Origin: the human T2T-CHM13v2.0 reference genome, Homo sapiens
NCBI RefSeq assembly: GCF_009914755.1
Contig: NC_060930.1
Length of the DNA stretch: 64,000 bases
Reading direction: 5' to 3' (one strand)
Shown: piece by piece, positions 62,633 through 64,000 of the stretch
Numbering within the stretch: the first letter of the stretch is position 1
Layout of the letters: every line of letters starts with the position of its first letter
The notes under the pieces: model-generated
What the model saw: the letters and a program-made list of their open reading frames with translations, nothing else
Databases searched by the model: none
What the model was told of the DNA's origin: nothing
Program-made: the position numbers and the translations under genes

Positions 62633-63241
<609 letters not shown>

Positions 63242-64000
63242 TAAAGAACACTAATAGAAGAAAAAGAAAGGAACATGTAAAAGTGGCATTTAATTTATCA
63301 GGACCCTTAGTCACATTCACATACATTGCCCATGATAAGCCAGTGACAAATATAATTGAAGTTTTAAAGTACGTGTGCAAGGGATCAGCTACTTGAAACC
63401 TCCCAGCAGGAAAACAAGAAATAAGGGACCATGAGGAAGAGATCCAGGTCTCCACATTTACTGTACAAGTAATAACATAAGCAAGAGACTTCCTAAGAGT
63501 GTTTTATAGTATTTTACATGGCAAGACTCTTACTCTCCAGTCTGTTAATCCTCACTTTCCCGCTTCTATTCATATGCTTTATATGTATTTATTTGTTGAG
63601 TTATATATTTTAGCTGAACTTGGAATGACAGTTATTTTTAAGAGGCTACCAACATGGGTCAGGAAGAACCTCAGAAACCTGGCTCACAGTTGCTCTGGCA
63701 TAAAAAGCCTTGACCGCCAAAACCAACCAGGGAGTTGATGAGATCTAGGTTTCCAAAACACCACGAAAAGGCATCTTTTGCTTTCTCCCATCTGGCCATT
63801 AAAAAAAAAAATAGTTATTTACCAAAGAAGATTCTTTTTGTAATACAATCAATCACTTCCTCCTGTGTTTAGGGTTCAAATCTAGAAGTCCATATGTCAG
63901 TCTAGCTTAGAGCAAAATGTAGCTTTCTTCACCTTGGACTAGAACAACCTATGAGAGAAAGATGGTGCCCAATGGGCCAGCACACAGCTGCTTTCTAAAT

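Overview
Primate (almost certainly human) genomic DNA, repeat-rich, with no supportable protein-coding exon. A 126-nt minus-strand exon at 38455-38580 has textbook splice signals. I recognise its sequence from memory as a 5'-UTR exon of ATXN1 (ataxin-1, the SCA1 gene, chr6p22.3), so the window appears to be this exon plus parts of its two large flanking introns, transcribed right to left. The SCA1 CAG repeat and the coding exons are not here. The rest is about 36 Alu/FLAM copies, L1 3' fragments, MIR/L2 relics, solo LTRs (LTR12F, MER57, MLT1), DNA-transposon fossils (near-complete Tigger1, Tigger3a, MER1A, Charlie1, MER5A, MER20) and microsatellites. The ORF track is essentially repeat-derived noise. 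I found no clearly new multi-gene system. The most unusual signals are structural: (1) a ~200-bp templated copy of nearby DNA inside an AluJ that preserves a pre-Alu empty site; (2) a ~38-bp-stem fold-back hairpin whose mismatches become G-U wobbles only on the ATXN1 strand; (3) an Alu orientation switch centred on the exon; (4) a UG repeat caged by a perfect inverted repeat; (5) a large YCAY array; (6) an antisense LTR12F promoter. Repeat subfamily names and boundaries are by eye and need RepeatMasker confirmation.
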